From NCBI GenBank assembly GCA_973895155.1, contig OZ316894.1:5852944-5916943 (forward strand): DNA of 64,000 bases, in the 5' to 3' direction. Shown piece after piece: positions 62,514 through 64,000 of this stretch. Below the pieces are notes generated by a model. That model was not told where the DNA came from. It searched no databases and saw only the letters and a program-made list of their open reading frames with translations. This DNA is from Marsupella aquatica. Lineage: Eukaryota; Plantae; Marchantiophyta. The translations under genes and the position numbers were made by a program. Within the stretch, counting starts at the first letter, position 1; each line of letters opens with the position of its first letter.

Positions 62514-63635
62514 TCAGTCACTGCAGATGACACTTTCTCTTTGTTGGTGCCAATCGTGGACTCCATTCATCAACTGAGAGGACGCCTCTTCACTGAAAGT
62601 TTCTAAAGAAGGTAAAGGTCCTGAAAGGACCATGACATTTCTTCCCTCATCCTGCAATTGTTTGAGGTTGATCTCTCCATTGAAAGCTACAGAGAGGGCA
62701 GAGGTGGTGGCATCCACCCCCTTCCTCCATTCCTCTGTCTCCAAAACAACTTCTTGGTTCACATCTAATTGCCTATCGGCCACCGGGGGGCCACCACAAT
62801 TCACCATTACCCTTCCCCCAGGTAGGAGTCTTCTCCGAAGCATAGCCCATACGGCACTACTCTTGAGACCTTCGCAGATTCTCCCGTTACTGTATAAGTC
62901 CACAATCAAGCCTGCAAAACGACCTTCAGCCATGGAATCTTCCTTCAAAGCATCCCCAACATGAACCACCAATGCAGGTCCAGGCGTCACTTTCCTATAA
63001 TTATGTTGAGCTCGTCCTTTTCTGTCAAAATCTTTCTGCCCTGAAACCTCCAGATCAGCCAGGCCAAAATAGGCACGACCCACTCTTACTACTTCAGCAT
63101 CAATCTCCCACCCTTCCAATTGTCTCGAAGGCCACTCATGCAGTAGAAGCCTGGCTACTGTCCCAGCTCCGAGACCCAAGACTGCTATTGGACCAGGAGG
63201 CACGAGCACTGGCAGAATTATATATTCGTCGTAGTAAGCTCCTGTCCACACTCGTTGATCGTGCCAGTAGACACTGTGGACGAGATTTCTGCTGTCAAGC
63301 TTGAGGATGTAAGCCCCTGCAAACTCATGGTCTGCATCAGATCCAACCTCAATTACAGAAATCTGATTGAATGGACTGGTAAACTCGTCAACCAGCCATG
63401 CCTCACTGTTGTTATCCTCAGTGTCATGAGAAACCTGTTCAGTATCCATGGCATGGGAACATACGAGAAATCGTTCATATAGAACTGAACCTGATCTCGT
63501 GCCTGAGCTCATAGAAGACTTCTGAATGTGGCACTTCACAAGATTCCCGGATTGGCGAATGCGACGCTCGAAACTTGTCGTGGGAGTCGTACCCAGTAGA
63601 CCCAACTGAGCTCCCACAGGTGTAGCAGCCCACAT
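62514..63635 (-). CDS. SAM-dependent methyltransferase (spermidine-synthase-like fold), probable organelle transit peptide, intronless, 373 aa
   Basis: Contains motif I PIAVLGLGAGTVARLL, LEGWEIDAEVV..GRAYFGL, VHVGDAL, GLIVDLY and LLPGGRVMVNCGG. Resembles a conserved plant family (recalled as At5g63100-like, not verified). Confidence 0.9.
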   Translation of the reverse strand: MWAATPVGAQLGLLGTTPTTSFERRIRQSGNLVKCHIQKSSMSSGTRSGSVLYERFLVCSHAMDTEQVSHDTEDNNSEAWLVDEFTSPFNQISVIEVGSDADHEFAGAYILKLDSRNLVHSVYWHDQRVWTGAYYDEYIILPVLVPPGPIAVLGLGAGTVARLLLHEWPSRQLEGWEIDAEVVRVGRAYFGLADLEVSGQKDFDRKGRAQHNYRKVTPGPALVVHVGDALKEDSMAEGRFAGLIVDLYSNGRICEGLKSSAVWAMLRRRLLPGGRVMVNCGGPPVADRQLDVNQEVVLETEEWRKGVDATTSALSVAFNGEINLKQLQDEGRNVMVLSGPLPSLETFSEEASSQLMNGVHDWHQQRESVICSD

Positions 63636-64000
63636 AGTTTCCCTTCAAAGGGGTGAACTATCGAGACCTTTGAAAGTAAAAGTGCTAAACCTCGAAAATC
63701 TTTGTTAGGAGTCGCAGGATTTCATTTATGCCCCCCGGTGCCAAATTTCCATACATCGACTATTGTCCACTAAATAAATCTGCAAGGAACAGAGATGGCA
63801 TTGATTAAGCCCTACGTCCTTCGCGCAACACCTCCAAGTCCTCTGCTTACATTCTCGGAGAATCCTTGCAAGGTCACCAAATGGCTAGACTTCTGAGACC
63901 TAAACTCATTCGAACTTCTGAGGAGAGGTCTGAGCAGGACACAGGAAATCTTCACAGGTCCTTGGTTAGAGAAACCCGAGAACAGAATCTCTCTCTACCT

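Overview
This is eukaryotic nuclear DNA from a land plant, most likely a non-seed plant such as a bryophyte (inferred from gene content, intron style and TE types). I can model five host genes by hand: (1) an 8-exon type-II-membrane GT49 (LARGE/B4GAT1-like) glycosyltransferase (14068-17024, +); (2) a 4-exon trihelix transcription factor with THREE tandem SH4/ASR3-type DNA-binding domains built from duplicated symmetric exons (18996-23175, -); (3) a 4-exon, probably plastid, coiled-coil protein with a PspA/VIPP1-like segment (28944-31456, +); (4) a DUF688-like single-exon gene (40172-41092, -); (5) an intronless SAM-dependent methyltransferase (62514-63635, -). The transposable elements include the 3' end of a CACTA element (uninterrupted transposase C-terminus, TIR ending at 2353) and a full-length but decayed Ty1/Copia element (46045-51773; LTRs, PBS, PPT, GAATG TSD). 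The Copia carries two nested MITEs of a CTCGGGGG-terminated, 8-bp-TSD family, with a third copy at 3991-4300. There is also a Mutator-like MITE, a probable Ulp1-peptidase remnant, a perfect 37-bp hairpin, a GC-rich nested-palindrome block and many short tandem arrays. No rRNA, tRNA or CRISPR array is supported. All gene models were derived by hand and need RNA-seq confirmation.
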